Of a DNA stretch of 64,000 bases, positions 63,236 through 64,000 are shown piece after piece. The position numbers and the translations under genes are program-made. Below the pieces are notes generated by a model that was not told where the DNA came from, searched no databases, and saw nothing but the letters and a program-made list of their open reading frames with translations. The number at the start of each line of letters is the position of its first letter. The first letter of the stretch is position 1. The DNA comes from Candidatus Heimdallarchaeota archaeon (GTDB lineage: Archaea > Asgardarchaeota > Heimdallarchaeia > JABLTI01): NCBI GenBank assembly GCA_019058275.1, contig JAHLVW010000059.1, positions 1 to 64,000 on the forward strand, in the 5' to 3' direction.

Positions 63236-64000
63236 ATGTTCAAAAGTCAATTCAAAAATCTTCACGAAGCTGAACAGCTTTTGCTTGAAGGAAAAATTGA
63301 ATTGGCTTTATCGAAAGTTAAACAGCTCGAAAAAGAAAATAATCTAGCTAAAGAAGAAGAAATTGCATGTAAAATCCTAAGAAGCAATTTGCTTTTTAAA
63401 CAAGGAGATTTTAGAAATAGTCTTGATTTAGTAGAAGAATCTTTGAAAACATGTCAAGAAAATGAAGATCAACTGTTAATTATTCGTTGTCTTTTAACCA
63501 AAGTAAGAAATTACTTACAATTAAAGAAATTTGATGATTGTGATCAACTACTTGAACAAGTCGAGGAATTGCACAAGAAATATGTCCAAACAGAAAAAAA
63601 CATTGCAATTTCTAATCAACAAGAAGCCATTCTATTGAATTACAAAGGAGAAGTTTCTTAAAATAAAAGAGAGCTTGAACAGGCAATTAAGTATGCTAAT
63701 AAAAGTTTGAACCTTTTTAAAAAACAGGATGATAAATACGGTAAAGCAGAAGTCTTTACTAATATTGCTAAAATTTACAGCATAAAAGGTGAACTAGATC
63801 AAGCACTTAATTACTTCAAGAAGAGTTTAAGGCTCTGGGAACAAATTGGTAACAAGCGTAATTTCGCAAAGAATCTAATGAATATTGGGAATATTTACAC
63901 AGATAAAGGTGAGTTAGATGTAGCTCTTGACTATTTCAAACGAAGCTTTGAGATATGCAAACAAATAGATGAAAAACAAACTTTAGCAAATAGTCTCGGA
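63236..64000 (+). pseudogene. TPR-repeat protein with internal stop, runs off the window
   Basis: After TAA 63659-61 the same frame continues with TPR repeats (NIAKIYSIKGELDQALNYFKKSL; NIGNIYTDKGELDVALDYFKRS). Confidence 0.8.

Noticed and set aside
8386-63661. Stop-codon reassignment (Sec/Pyl or alternative code)
   Set aside because: The internal stops include TGA, TAG and TAA, often co-occur with frameshifts, and all three codons end normal genes here.

Overview
AT-rich archaeal chromosome segment, most consistent with an Asgard (Heimdallarchaeia-like) genome. Basis for that call: archaeal core genes rpl37e, Sm, aCPSF1, ABCE1, RadB-like, cdc48, mch and ftr, together with bacterial-type plsY/degV and TPR/LVIVD proteins; the taxonomy is an inference. 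The first ~10.6 kb is an accessory region. Its minus-strand operon (1-5852, cut by the window edge) encodes a highly diverged Cas1/casposase-like integrase, an active SF2 helicase, an apparently inactivated Hel308/Ski2-like helicase fused to wHTH and Cys-cluster domains, and two wHTH proteins, with no CRISPR array, cas2 or PolB in view. It is followed by a GC-rich hairpin cluster, a free-standing LAGLIDADG-HTH gene, a decayed long tnpB element with a structured 3' end, and an orphan DNA methyltransferase. The rest is mostly housekeeping and metabolism: a double-length UvrA, an uncalled stand-alone NrdD glycyl-radical-tail ORF, a MobA-HD fusion, a GIFT/IFT52-like surface protein, hut genes, H4MPT C1 genes, an hsp20-cdc48-ArsR heat-shock operon with a palindromic operator, an intact plsY, a decayed degV-plsY-patatin lipid cluster, a heterodimeric ABC exporter and an interrupted TPR gene. 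No rRNA, tRNA or CRISPR array was seen. All family calls come from motif recognition by eye; no searches were run.
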